DNA of 54,586 nucleotides from Flavobacteriaceae bacterium (GTDB lineage Bacteria; Bacteroidota; Bacteroidia; Flavobacteriales_C; GCA-002722245): the NCBI GenBank assembly GCA_964230605.1, contig CAXRIN010000012.1, positions 1 through 54,586 of the forward strand, written 5' to 3'. Below the pieces are notes generated by a model. It had not been told where the DNA came from, did not search any database, and saw only the letters and a list, made by a program, of their open reading frames with translations. Positions within the stretch are counted from its first letter, which is position 1. Each line of letters begins with the position of its first letter. Made by a program: the position numbers and the translations under genes. Positions 1 through 9,350 of this stretch are shown piece by piece.

Positions 1-1563
1 AGTTGATTGCTGCTCTGGTTGTGCAGGTGCAGCTGGCTCAGCAGGAGCTTGGTAAGTTGGTTGAGCTGGAACTTCGTTAAAAGTTGGCTCGAAAGTTTGA
101 GGAGCTTCTGGCTCTTCAACTTCAGCTTGAGGAGCTTCAAAAGATGGAGCTTGATATTGCTCGTCATCCTGAGCGGAGTCGAAGGATTCTACTTCTTCTG
201 TTCCGAAATCGAAAGTTGGTCCTTCGTTTGGATTCTCATCGTAAACTTCCTCCTCGTAAGCTTCTTCTAAAGTATCCTCTTCTACTTCAGCAACAACTTC
301 TTCCTCATCGTATAAATTATGCACAATCTTTGGAGCTTCAGCTTCAGCAACTGGCGCTTCAACTACTGGCTCTTCAGTTTTCACTTCCCAAGTTTGTACT
401 GGCTCTTCTTTCTTCTCAACAACAGGAACATCTAAATCCATTACTACCTGCTCAACTTGTGGCTGCTCAGGAGTTTTTAACTGAGGTTCTAATGGAGAAG
501 CTGGAGTTTCAACTTTAGTCTCAACAACAGGAGCAACATCTTCTTTTAAGCTGTGTACTACCTTCTCTTTTTTCTTCTCAGTTTGGATTCCTCCAATTGT
601 TTTGTTCGCTTCAAATCCTGTAGCGATTAATGTGATCGAGATGTTATCTCCTAACTCCTCGTCTCTACCTGTACCCCAGATGATATCAGCAGATAATCCC
701 GCTTCATCCTGGATGTAATCAGTAATTTGAGAAATCTCATCCATCATTACTTCATTATCTCCAGAAGTAATGTTTAATAAGATGTAGTTAGCACCTTCAA
801 TATTGTTATCATTTAATAATGGTGATTCTAATGCCTCTTGAGCCGCTTTTAACGCTCTGTTTTCTCCAGATGCTAAAGACGATCCCATGATTGCAACACC
901 ACTATCAGTCATTACAGTTCTAACATCTTCGAAATCCACGTTGATGTAACCAGTCCTTGTAATGATTTCTGCGATTCCTTTTGATGCAGTAGTTAAGATA
1001 TCATCCGCTTTTGCGAAAGCATCCGATAACGAAAGGTTACCGTAAATTTCTCTTAACTTATCATTACAGATGATTACACAAGTATCAACTGAATCTCTTA
1101 ATTCTTCTAATCCACCATCAGCTTGGTGTGATCTTTTTCTTCCCTCGAAACCAAATGGGTAAGTAACAATTGCTACAGTAAGGATTCCTAATTCCTTGGC
1201 TGCTTTTGCAATGATTGGTGCAGCACCTGTTCCGGTACCACCTCCCATTCCGGCAGTGATGAATAACATTTTTGTATCCTTCTCAAGGATCTCTTTGATT
1301 TCATCGATGTTCTCGATAGCAGCGTTTTTTCCTACCTCTGCAATAGATCCTGCTCCTCGTCCTCCTGTAAGGTTTAAACCTAATTGGATTTTGTTAGGAA
1401 CTGGACTCATTTCTAGAGACTGCTCATCAGTATTACAGATGTAAAAATCTACACCTTTAATACCTTGCTTGTACATGTGGTTAACCGCATTGGATCCACC
1501 ACCTCCAACACCAAATACTTTGATGATAGAGCTTTCTGGTTTTTCAATTTCAAATTGCATCAT
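1..1563 (-). CDS. ftsZ: Cell division protein FtsZ (3' end truncated by window edge)
   Basis: The minus-strand frame is open from the ATG at 1563 to position 1. It is absent from the ORF track because it has no stop in the window. N-terminus MMQFEIEKPESSIIKVFGVGGGGSNAVNHMY; GMGGGTGTGAAP tubulin signature around 1230. The first ~500 nt of the window encode a P/E/A/Q-rich linker. It follows ftsA in canonical dcw order. Confidence 0.95.
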   Translation of the reverse strand, partial: MMQFEIEKPESSIIKVFGVGGGGSNAVNHMYKQGIKGVDFYICNTDEQSLEMSPVPNKIQLGLNLTGGRGAGSIAEVGKNAAIENIDEIKEILEKDTKMLFITAGMGGGTGTGAAPIIAKAAKELGILTVAIVTYPFGFEGRKRSHQADGGLEELRDSVDTCVIICNDKLREIYGNLSLSDAFAKADDILTTASKGIAEIITRTGYINVDFEDVRTVMTDSGVAIMGSSLASGENRALKAAQEALESPLLNDNNIEGANYILLNITSGDNEVMMDEISQITDYIQDEAGLSADIIWGTGRDEELGDNISITLIATGFEANKTIGGIQTEKKKEKVVHSLKEDVAPVVETKVETPASPLEPQLKTPEQPQVEQVVMDLDVPVVEKKEEPVQTWEVKTEEPVVEAPVAEAEAPKIVHNLYDEEEVVAEVEEDTLEEAYEEEVYDENPNEGPTFDFGTEEVESFDSAQDDEQYQAPSFEAPQAEVEEPEAPQTFEPTFNEVPAQPTYQAPAEPAAPAQPEQQST

Positions 1564-1589
1564 AACATTGGTTGGTTTTATTCTAAATT

Positions 1590-2864
1590 TTATTCTGAGT
1601 CATCCTCGAAAAACTCACGACTCTTCTTTAAGATTACATCAAAGAAGTTTCCTTTGCTTTTACTTGAATGTCCTTTTACTTTATTAGTTTGAGTGCTCTG
1701 CTGTTGTTTAGCAGCTTTCTCTAATCCTTTAATTACAAGTCCAACACCGGTTGCAAATACTGGAGAAGTAATTTCCTCTGCGTTACCGCTTGCTAAGTGT
1801 TCGTTTGGATAACCAATTCTAGTATCCATTCCTGTCATGTATTCAATTAACTGAGTAATGTGTTTCAACTGAGATCCACCACCTGTAACTACAATACCCC
1901 CAATTAATTTCTTTTCGAATCCAGAGTTCTTGATTTCGAAGTAAACGTTTTCAATGATTTCTTCTAACCTTGCCTGAATAATATGTGCCAAGTTCTTAAC
2001 CGAGATCTCTTTTGGAGCTCTACCTCTTAAACCTGGAATACTTACGATTTCATTTTCCTGATTTTCGTTAGCTAATGCAGAACCAAACTTTACTTTTAAC
2101 AACTCCGCTTGAGACTTGATAATTGTGCATCCTTCCTTAATATCTTCCGTTACGATGTTACCTCCAAATGGGATAACTGCTGTATGACGAATAATTTGAT
2201 CCTGGAAAATCGCAATGTCTGTTGTTCCTCCTCCTATATCTATCAATGCAATTCCAGCTTCTTTCTCTTCATCGCTCAATACAGCCTCCGATGATGCCAA
2301 AGGCTCCAAAATCAAATCAGCAACTTGAAGTCCAGCTTTTTCAACACATTTGTAAATGTTTTTAGCAGCTGTAACTTGTCCAGTAATGATGTGGAAATTA
2401 GCTTCTAATCTAACCCCCGCCATTCCAATTGGATCCTTAATCCCCTGTTCGTTATCAACGATATATTCTTGCGGAAGAACGTGGATAATTTCTTCTCCAG
2501 GTAAAGTCACCAATTTATACATATCATCGATTAATCCATCGATGTCCGACTGTCCTATTTCATCTTCAGTAAACTGGCGAATTTTTTCACCTCTATGCTG
2601 TAAACTTTTAATGTGCTGACCAGCAATACCTACATTAACAACACGAATATCAACGCCAGATTGTGCTTCGGCTTCAGCAACAGCTGTTTTAATACTATCA
2701 ACAGTTTTATCAATGTTAGATACAACACCACGAGTTACTCCAACCGACTCGGACTTACCCATTCCAAGAATTTCGATTTTCCCAAACTCGTTTCGGCGAC
2801 CAACCATACACACAATTTTGGTGGTCCCTATATCTAATCCAACAACTATATCTGACGTACTCAT
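1590..2864 (-). CDS. ftsA: Cell division protein FtsA (actin-like ATPase)
   Basis: 424-aa ORF. N-terminal VGLDIGTTKIVCMVG phosphate-1 motif and DIGGGTTDIAIF motif. Sits between ftsQ and ftsZ. Confidence 0.95.
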   Translation of the reverse strand: MSTSDIVVGLDIGTTKIVCMVGRRNEFGKIEILGMGKSESVGVTRGVVSNIDKTVDSIKTAVAEAEAQSGVDIRVVNVGIAGQHIKSLQHRGEKIRQFTEDEIGQSDIDGLIDDMYKLVTLPGEEIIHVLPQEYIVDNEQGIKDPIGMAGVRLEANFHIITGQVTAAKNIYKCVEKAGLQVADLILEPLASSEAVLSDEEKEAGIALIDIGGGTTDIAIFQDQIIRHTAVIPFGGNIVTEDIKEGCTIIKSQAELLKVKFGSALANENQENEIVSIPGLRGRAPKEISVKNLAHIIQARLEEIIENVYFEIKNSGFEKKLIGGIVVTGGGSQLKHITQLIEYMTGMDTRIGYPNEHLASGNAEEITSPVFATGVGLVIKGLEKAAKQQQSTQTNKVKGHSSKSKGNFFDVILKKSREFFEDDSE

Positions 2865-2874
2865 TCTAATTTCT

Positions 2875-3651
2875 TTATTTGCAAACTATTTGCTTATCAA
2901 ACTTCACGTTCACCTCTTTGTATTTATCCCACCCCATTTTTGGAGCAATTTCATCGTAATACCTTTTAATCTTATTAAACTTATTTTGGTAATCTGTTAA
3001 TTCACCGAAAACGAACTCCTCATTTCCAACCAAGGGAATAAGAATTGCATCTCCATTTTGATTGATGTACACCTGTCCAATTTGAGATCGCCAAAACGCA
3101 TCTTTATTTACAAAATTTGCGAACTCATATACATCCTCCACTAACTTGGTGTGAGTTGACAAATCAACATCTACCAAAGAATCTTTTAAGTATCGATTGT
3201 AGTTTCTTAAATGACCAGTTATTGTTAATACTCTTGGAGAGTATTTTGATAACCAAGGCATAGTTCCACCATCTTCATCTACATAAAATCCCGACGTTGA
3301 GTCAGGTTTAATTCTTGCGATTACTTTTTTAAGCTCAACTTTTAAATGAACGTCTCCATTATGTTTAACATATGCTTCTGCATTTTTAACCGAACTCTCT
3401 TTTCTTAATAGATTTTCAACTTCGTTTAAATGCAAATTCCCTAGTGGTTTTCCCACTAAGGTATCTTGTCGTGAATACACTAAATTGATAACATCATCTT
3501 TATCTAAAAAAGGATCTCCTTTTGTAGCGTTAATGTGTACATCAACATTTTTCACTAACTTTTTTTCTTGCTCATTATTCGCAAATGACACCAAAACGAA
3601 AAAGCCAATCAACAGTAAAAATCCAACTATATTTCTCAGTCCTTTCTTCAC
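2875..3651 (-). CDS. ftsQ: Cell division protein FtsQ/DivIB-like (single N-terminal TM, POTRA-type periplasmic part)
   Basis: 258-aa ORF with one N-terminal TM helix (IVGFLLLIGFFVLVSF). Sits between murC and ftsA in the dcw cluster. The call rests mostly on synteny and architecture. Confidence 0.7.
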   Translation of the reverse strand: MKKGLRNIVGFLLLIGFFVLVSFANNEQEKKLVKNVDVHINATKGDPFLDKDDVINLVYSRQDTLVGKPLGNLHLNEVENLLRKESSVKNAEAYVKHNGDVHLKVELKKVIARIKPDSTSGFYVDEDGGTMPWLSKYSPRVLTITGHLRNYNRYLKDSLVDVDLSTHTKLVEDVYEFANFVNKDAFWRSQIGQVYINQNGDAILIPLVGNEEFVFGELTDYQNKFNKIKRYYDEIAPKMGWDKYKEVNVKFDKQIVCK

Positions 3652-3670
3652 GCTAATCGTCTATTTCCCT

Positions 3671-5032
3671 TTAGTTTAACAAGAACTTTTTTATGTTCTC
3701 CACCTCTGCTCCAATATCACCCGCACCTATTGTTAAAACTACATCACAATCAGAAGCACTTATAAGGGAGGTAAGCTCTTTTTTTGAACAAAGCGTTTTT
3801 GAATTCATGTTAATTAAATCCAAAAGCATTTGAGAATCCACCCCCGGAATTGGCAATTCTCTTGCTGGATAGATATCTAAAAGCAGCAATTCATCCAACA
3901 ACTCTAAACTCCTCGCAAAGCCATCTGCGAAGTCTTGTGTACGGCTAAATAAATGTGGTTGAAATATTCCTAAAACTTTACGCTTTGGATACATTTTTCT
4001 TACAGATTTAACCAACTTTGTTATCTCTTCTGGATGATGTGCATAATCATCGATATAAACCAGTTTATCCGATTTGATTTGAACGTCAAATCTCCTATCA
4101 ACACCACTATAATTGGCAATTGCTTGTTTAAGTAATTCTGGATTAATGCCTTCTTCTATTCCTACTCCAAAAGCCACCAAAGCATTCTCCATATTATGAA
4201 TTCCTGGCAGACCAATTTTTACGTCTTTTAACTCTCCTCCAGACCATTTAAAATCAGCTAAAAACTCAGCGTTTTCAACTCTAAAATTAGCTGCGTGATA
4301 ATCTGCTGAGGCGTCCTCTATTGAGTAAGTTTTATAATCTTTCCCCAGAACATCTGTTAGAGAACTATGCACAATTCCTACACCGCCTTCAATAAGGTTT
4401 TCGGATAAAAATTGCTTGAAGGTTTTTTGCATTTCTTCCTTCGTTCCATATATATCTAAGTGATCTGGATCAATTGCAGAAACGGTTGCGATTGAAGGTT
4501 TTAATTGCAGAAAAGATCGATCGTATTCATCTGCTTCTATGACAGTGATTTCACTATTAGAATCATGGTAATAATTGCTTCCTAAATCTTTTGAAATCCC
4601 ACCCAAGAATGCCGTAAAAGGAACTTTACAGTATTTAAAAATGTGCGATATCATGCTAGAAATAGTCGTTTTCCCATGTGTTCCAGCTACACCAACACTC
4701 CTGTTTGACTCTGTGATTCTTCCCAAAACTTGAGAGCGCTTTAACAACTCAAAGCCTTCAGATTGGAAGTAGTTCCATTCGGAATGATTTTTTGGAATCG
4801 CAGGTGTGATAATCACCAAAGTGTTTTCTTTATCCTTGAAAGCATTATCAACCAATGATAAGTCATCTTCGTAATGAATCTCTACTCCTTCCTCTACTAA
4901 CTTTTTTGTAAGGGTAGTTTCAGTTTTATCATACCCCCCAACTCGTTTTCCTTGCGCCACAAAATATCGGGCTAAGGCGCTCATTCCAATCCCTCCAACT
5001 CCAATGAAGTATATATTTTCCTTTTGCGTCAC
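3671..5032 (-). CDS. murC: UDP-N-acetylmuramate--L-alanine ligase
   Basis: 453-aa ORF. YFIGVGGIGMSALA N-terminus, GTHGKTT P-loop and Mur ligase C-terminal domain. Overlaps the murG stop by 4 nt. Confidence 0.95.
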   Translation of the reverse strand: MTQKENIYFIGVGGIGMSALARYFVAQGKRVGGYDKTETTLTKKLVEEGVEIHYEDDLSLVDNAFKDKENTLVIITPAIPKNHSEWNYFQSEGFELLKRSQVLGRITESNRSVGVAGTHGKTTISSMISHIFKYCKVPFTAFLGGISKDLGSNYYHDSNSEITVIEADEYDRSFLQLKPSIATVSAIDPDHLDIYGTKEEMQKTFKQFLSENLIEGGVGIVHSSLTDVLGKDYKTYSIEDASADYHAANFRVENAEFLADFKWSGGELKDVKIGLPGIHNMENALVAFGVGIEEGINPELLKQAIANYSGVDRRFDVQIKSDKLVYIDDYAHHPEEITKLVKSVRKMYPKRKVLGIFQPHLFSRTQDFADGFARSLELLDELLLLDIYPARELPIPGVDSQMLLDLINMNSKTLCSKKELTSLISASDCDVVLTIGAGDIGAEVENIKKFLLN

Positions 5033-6138
5033 TTTTTCAATAATTTTTCAACTTCAACCATTATCAAATCGGCTGCGTTTTCAATTTTCAGTTTCTCAAT
5101 GTTTCGCTTTAATCGCTCTCTCTTATTATCATCGGTAAGTAAAATATCCACCTCATTGAATAGCTTTTCTTTAACCTCAGAATCTTTCACCAATATTCCT
5201 GCGTTGTTATTTACCAACGCCATAGCGTTAGCAGTTTGATGATCCTCTGCGGCGAAAGGGAACGGCACTAAAACACAAGGTTTACCAACTAAACTTAATT
5301 CGGTAACCGACATCGCACCAGAGCGAGAAATAACCACATCAGCAGCAGCGTAGGCTAAATCCATCTCATAGATAAATTCATGCGCATGTAATAAATCTGA
5401 GCCAATTGATTTTACTCTATTTTGAGATTCTGTTTTATAAAACTTACCTGTTTGCCAAAGTAGTTGATACCCTTTTTCTACAAACTTTTCTAAGTCTGCA
5501 TCTAAAGCATGATTAATACTTCTTGCACCCTGACTACCTCCAATTGATAATACAATGGGTTGATCTCCTTTTAAACCAAACTTTTCTAAAGCACGTGCTT
5601 TTTTTCCTTCCAATTTGAGGATTTCTTGTCGGACAGGGTTACCTGTAATTACCAAATTCTTCGCTGTAGGGAAGAACTTTTGCATCCCTTGAAAAGCCAC
5701 GCAAACGGTGTTTACATTCTTACCCAATAATTTATTAGTAATTCCTGGATATGAATTTGATTCGTGAATCAATGTAGGAACTTTCGCCCATGTAGCTGCC
5801 TTTAACAAAGGTCCACTAGCAAATCCTCCTACTCCAATACAAATATCAGGTTTAAACCTTTTTATAATCTTTCGAGCATTCCAAAGACTTGATATTAATT
5901 TAAATGGAAAGGATAGATTGGATAACGTCAACTTTCTTTGAATCCCACTGATCCACAAACCTTCAATTGGATAACCTGCCTTTGGCACTTTTTCCATTTC
6001 CATTTTTCCCTTTGCACCAACAAAAAGGATGTCCGCATCGGGATATTTTAATTTAATAGCATTAGCAATAGCGACAGCTGGAAAAATATGACCTCCAGTT
6101 CCACCACCACTTACTATTACTCTAGGCGATTTCTTCAT
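5029..6138 (-). CDS. murG: UDP-N-acetylglucosamine--N-acetylmuramyl-(pentapeptide) pyrophosphoryl-undecaprenol GlcNAc transferase
   Basis: 369-aa ORF. SGGGTGGHIFPAVA N-terminal motif and GT28 architecture. dcw synteny. Confidence 0.95.
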   Translation of the reverse strand: MKKSPRVIVSGGGTGGHIFPAVAIANAIKLKYPDADILFVGAKGKMEMEKVPKAGYPIEGLWISGIQRKLTLSNLSFPFKLISSLWNARKIIKRFKPDICIGVGGFASGPLLKAATWAKVPTLIHESNSYPGITNKLLGKNVNTVCVAFQGMQKFFPTAKNLVITGNPVRQEILKLEGKKARALEKFGLKGDQPIVLSIGGSQGARSINHALDADLEKFVEKGYQLLWQTGKFYKTESQNRVKSIGSDLLHAHEFIYEMDLAYAAADVVISRSGAMSVTELSLVGKPCVLVPFPFAAEDHQTANAMALVNNNAGILVKDSEVKEKLFNEVDILLTDDNKRERLKRNIEKLKIENAADLIMVEVEKLLKK

Positions 6139-7270
6139 CTTTGATATTGCTACTTGATTCTCTACTTACACTTAGTATAATTCCAATTGCAATTGCTGTG
6201 AACCACAGCGAGGTTCCTCCCATGCTAACCATGGGAAGTGGTTGACCTGTTACAGGGAAAATGCCAACTGCAACAGCCATATTACTAAAAGCCTGAAGTA
6301 CTAGTCCAGATGACAGTCCAATGACTAATAATGTTGAAAATAACTTGTTACACTTTCGAGCAATTTTTATGCTTCGGAAGAATAATATAAGGTACATGAA
6401 GATAGTAAAAACACCACCTACCAATCCGTAATTTCTCAATATGGTAGCGTAAATAAAATCGGAAGCTGCTTGTGGAGGCTGGCCATATTTCCCTGGTAAA
6501 ATATCAAACCATAAACCTACGGCTCCACCGTCGTATATGGATGCTTGAGCTAAATTCTTTTGATAATTTCCACTTCCAGCATCAGCGTTTTCAGCTGTAA
6601 AAGCGGTTAATCTGTTTATCCATGTTTGAAGTCTTTGAAGATTATCCGGAAACACCAATACCATCAAAGTAAATAAACCAATAATGGCTAATAAAATGAT
6701 TCCGAAATGAGAAAGTTTAACTCCGCCAAAAAACATCATAATGAAACACCCACCCATAATAAGAGCAGCTGTAGAAAAATCCGATTTAATAATTAATGCA
6801 CACGTAATGATTACAGGCAAGAAAAGGTGTTTTACCACCTCTTTAAAATTATCTAAGTCCCCTTGCTTTCTGCTGAGGACTCTGGCTAAATAAATGGTTA
6901 ATGAAATTTTTGCGAAATCCGAGGTTTGGAAACTCAAACCAATCACAGGGATTTTTATCCACCTTTCTGCCGAATCAACACTATGACCAGCAAGCATAGT
7001 GTACAAAAGCAATGGTATGGTGACGACCATTAAAATTAGCGATAGCCGAGAGAGATAACCATGTTTAATTTTTGAAACTTGGTAAGCTATGACAAAGGCA
7101 CTTAACAAAATTATTGCGTGTTTAATCACGAAATAAAAGAAGTTACCTCCCCTTAGCAACGCTAATTGTTCCGTTCCTACATAAACAATAGGAATCGAAA
7201 GCAACGCAAGAGATATAATTACACCCCAAATGACTTTATCGCCATATATTTTGTTGTAAATCTCTTGCAT
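6122..7270 (-). CDS. ftsW: FtsW/RodA/SpoVE (SEDS) family peptidoglycan glycosyltransferase
   Basis: 382-aa polytopic membrane ORF. SDF..A and GQPLPMVSMGGTS SEDS motifs. Sits between the murD region and murG. Confidence 0.9.
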   Translation of the reverse strand: MQEIYNKIYGDKVIWGVIISLALLSIPIVYVGTEQLALLRGGNFFYFVIKHAIILLSAFVIAYQVSKIKHGYLSRLSLILMVVTIPLLLYTMLAGHSVDSAERWIKIPVIGLSFQTSDFAKISLTIYLARVLSRKQGDLDNFKEVVKHLFLPVIITCALIIKSDFSTAALIMGGCFIMMFFGGVKLSHFGIILLAIIGLFTLMVLVFPDNLQRLQTWINRLTAFTAENADAGSGNYQKNLAQASIYDGGAVGLWFDILPGKYGQPPQAASDFIYATILRNYGLVGGVFTIFMYLILFFRSIKIARKCNKLFSTLLVIGLSSGLVLQAFSNMAVAVGIFPVTGQPLPMVSMGGTSLWFTAIAIGIILSVSRESSSNIKDEEIA

Positions 7271-7276
7271 ACGATT

Positions 7277-7408
7277 TTACAATACTCCCTCTTTAATCTT
7301 TTTCACAATCCACACAGTACTGAAAATCAAAAACAATAATACACTCGAAGCGATAACTGTAAAAAGGTGACGAACCTCCGTACTTTTATCAGGTTTTACT
7401 TGAGCCAT
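7277..7408 (-). CDS. Unannotated 43-aa single-pass membrane micro-ORF (MAQVKPDKSTEVRHLFTVIASSVLLFLIFSTVWIVKKIKEGVL)
   Basis: Hand translation of the minus strand: ATG at 7408, TAA at 7279-7277. It fills the gap between the MurD-CTD ORF (ends 7422) and ftsW (starts 7270). One clear hydrophobic helix flanked by charged residues. Too short for the ORF track. No homology evidence. Confidence 0.3.
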   Translation of the reverse strand: MAQVKPDKSTEVRHLFTVIASSVLLFLIFSTVWIVKKIKEGVL

Positions 7409-7421
7409 AGTTTAAGTTGTT

Positions 7422-7970
7422 TTATAAGCTTCTCACAGCTTGTTTGAAAGAATTCCCCCTTTCCTCTAGGTTCTCGAACATGTTAAAGCTCGCTGAAGCA
7501 GGAGAAAGTAAAACAGTCTCCCCTTTGTCTGCAATGTAGTATGCCATTTGAACTGCCTCTTCCATCGATCCAGCATCTACAATCATATCTACTTTATCTA
7601 AAAAGTTTTCAAAGACTTTTGATTTGTTAGTTCCGATGTAAACGATCGCTCTAACTTTCTCTTTAGCCAACTCTTGTAATGAAGAATAATCTACTGTCTT
7701 GTCAACACCCCCTACAATCCAGATAGTTTGTCTTTGCATTCTTTCTAAAGCGTACCAAGTTGAATTCACGTTAGTAGCTTTTGAATCGTTGATGTACTCA
7801 ATACCATGTACGTTTGCTACAAACTCCAGTCTGTGCTCAACATTTTCAAAATCACTAAACTTTTCTCTTAAGCTTTCCTTTCTTAAGTTCCCAACGTTCT
7901 TCTTCAAGTTTTCAGCCATCGTGTCACCGATGCTTAATTTGCTTTGGAATTCAAAATTTCCCTTTGTCAT
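7422..7970 (-). CDS. Stand-alone Mur ligase C-terminal domain protein, paralogue of the MurD C-terminus
   Basis: 182-aa intact ORF starting 15 nt downstream of the murD stop. From EHRLEFV to the end it aligns with the last ~137 aa of the adjacent MurD. By hand count about half the positions are identical, including YINDSKATN, GGVDK, LLSPA.ASF and ERG..FKQ. Confidence 0.7.
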   Translation of the reverse strand: MTKGNFEFQSKLSIGDTMAENLKKNVGNLRKESLREKFSDFENVEHRLEFVANVHGIEYINDSKATNVNSTWYALERMQRQTIWIVGGVDKTVDYSSLQELAKEKVRAIVYIGTNKSKVFENFLDKVDMIVDAGSMEEAVQMAYYIADKGETVLLSPASASFNMFENLEERGNSFKQAVRSL

Positions 7971-7985
7971 GATTTTAATTAAATT

Positions 7986-9326
7986 TTACGCGTTTAGTTT
8001 GGTTATTCCTTGTTTAAATTTTTTACCACGGTCTTCATAATTCGAAAACAAATCAAAACTTGCACAAGCTGGTGATAATAAAACAGTGAATCCTTCTTCC
8101 GCCATAGCAGAAGCCTTTAACACAGCCTCATCAGCACTGCTTGCATCTTCAATTCGCTCAACAATTCCACCAAATGCTTCGTGAAGCTTTTGATTATCCT
8201 TGCCTAAGCAAATCATACCATAAACTTTGGATTTAACTAAAGGGATAAGTTGGGAATAATCATTCCCCTTGTCCACACCACCAGCAATCCAAATAACGTT
8301 GTTTTCCATACTTTCCAATGCGTAAAAGGTACTATCCACATTAGTAGCCTTTGAGTCATTGATGTATTCAACTCCGTTAAGAACAACTACCCGTTCCATT
8401 CTGTGTTCAATAGGCTGAAAAGATTCCACAGCAACTAAAATTTTCTTTTCATCAATGCCTAAAACACTTGCCGCTGAAACAGATGCCATAATATTATACG
8501 AATTATGCTTGCCTTTCAAGGAAACCCTATCAACAGATATCAGCACAGGACTGTTAATATCTATTAATATATTGTTACCTTTTAACCCTGCACCTTTACC
8601 AGTTAACTCACTCAAACTGAATTGATAAACCGATTTAGGCAAGGTTACATTTTGAAGTTTTTTAGCCATGTTTTCATCATCCGAATTGTAGATAAAAACC
8701 GAATTTTCATCGAAGTTTTTAACTAATTGGAATTTAGAATCGATGTATTTATCTAAACTGTATTCGTATCTATCCAAATGATCTGCTGTGATATTTAACA
8801 AGATCGACACGTCTAATTTTAGATTTTCAATACCATCTAACTGAAAACTGCTTAACTCCAACACATAATAATCGTAATCACATGTTGCCACCTGAAGCGC
8901 GAAACTATCACCAATGTTACCTGCAACCCCTACATTTAAGCCTGCACTTTTCAAAATGTGATAAGTCAAGCTAGTTGTAGTTGTTTTCCCATTGCTTCCT
9001 GTAATTCCAATTAACTTAGCGTTTGTGTACCATGACCCAAATTCAATCTCAGAGATGACTTTAGTACCTTGATTTTTTAACTCTATAATTAATGGAGCCT
9101 TATCAGGAATTCCTGGACTTTTAACAACAACATCAGCATTTAGTATTTGCTCTTTGGTATGTTTTGTTTCCTCAAATAGGATGTTTTCTTTTAAAAGAAC
9201 GTCTTTATATTTCTCAGCAATTGTTCCCATATCGGAAACAAAAACCTCGTAGTTTTTTTGTTTTCCAAGAATCGCGGCACCAACTCCGCTTTCCCCTGCA
9301 CCTAGTATGACTAATCGCTTACTCAT
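7986..9326 (-). CDS. murD: UDP-N-acetylmuramoylalanine--D-glutamate ligase
   Basis: 446-aa ORF. ILGAGESG N-terminus, GSNGKTTT P-loop and NDSKATN motif. dcw synteny. Confidence 0.95.
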   Translation of the reverse strand: MSKRLVILGAGESGVGAAILGKQKNYEVFVSDMGTIAEKYKDVLLKENILFEETKHTKEQILNADVVVKSPGIPDKAPLIIELKNQGTKVISEIEFGSWYTNAKLIGITGSNGKTTTTSLTYHILKSAGLNVGVAGNIGDSFALQVATCDYDYYVLELSSFQLDGIENLKLDVSILLNITADHLDRYEYSLDKYIDSKFQLVKNFDENSVFIYNSDDENMAKKLQNVTLPKSVYQFSLSELTGKGAGLKGNNILIDINSPVLISVDRVSLKGKHNSYNIMASVSAASVLGIDEKKILVAVESFQPIEHRMERVVVLNGVEYINDSKATNVDSTFYALESMENNVIWIAGGVDKGNDYSQLIPLVKSKVYGMICLGKDNQKLHEAFGGIVERIEDASSADEAVLKASAMAEEGFTVLLSPACASFDLFSNYEDRGKKFKQGITKLNA

Positions 9327-9350
9327 CTTAATTCCGTCCGCCGGTGGCGG

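Noticed and set aside
163-189. gtcatcctgagcggagtcgaaggattc inside the ftsZ linker coding region, and a looser gtcattctgagcctgtcgaaaga at 41016-41038. Both resemble a GTCATCCTGAGC...GAAGGA-type repeat that I recall from other Bacteroidota genomes.
   Set aside because: The family resemblance is from memory only, and the two copies here match each other poorly. The first lies in frame within an uninterrupted FtsZ linker. There is not enough evidence to call a repeat insertion in coding DNA.
7422-9326. The murD / MurD-CTD pair as an assembly duplication artefact or a simple recent pseudogene.
   Set aside because: The two copies are only about half identical at the protein level and differ throughout at the nucleotide level. 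The short copy has an intact frame with the conserved motifs retained.
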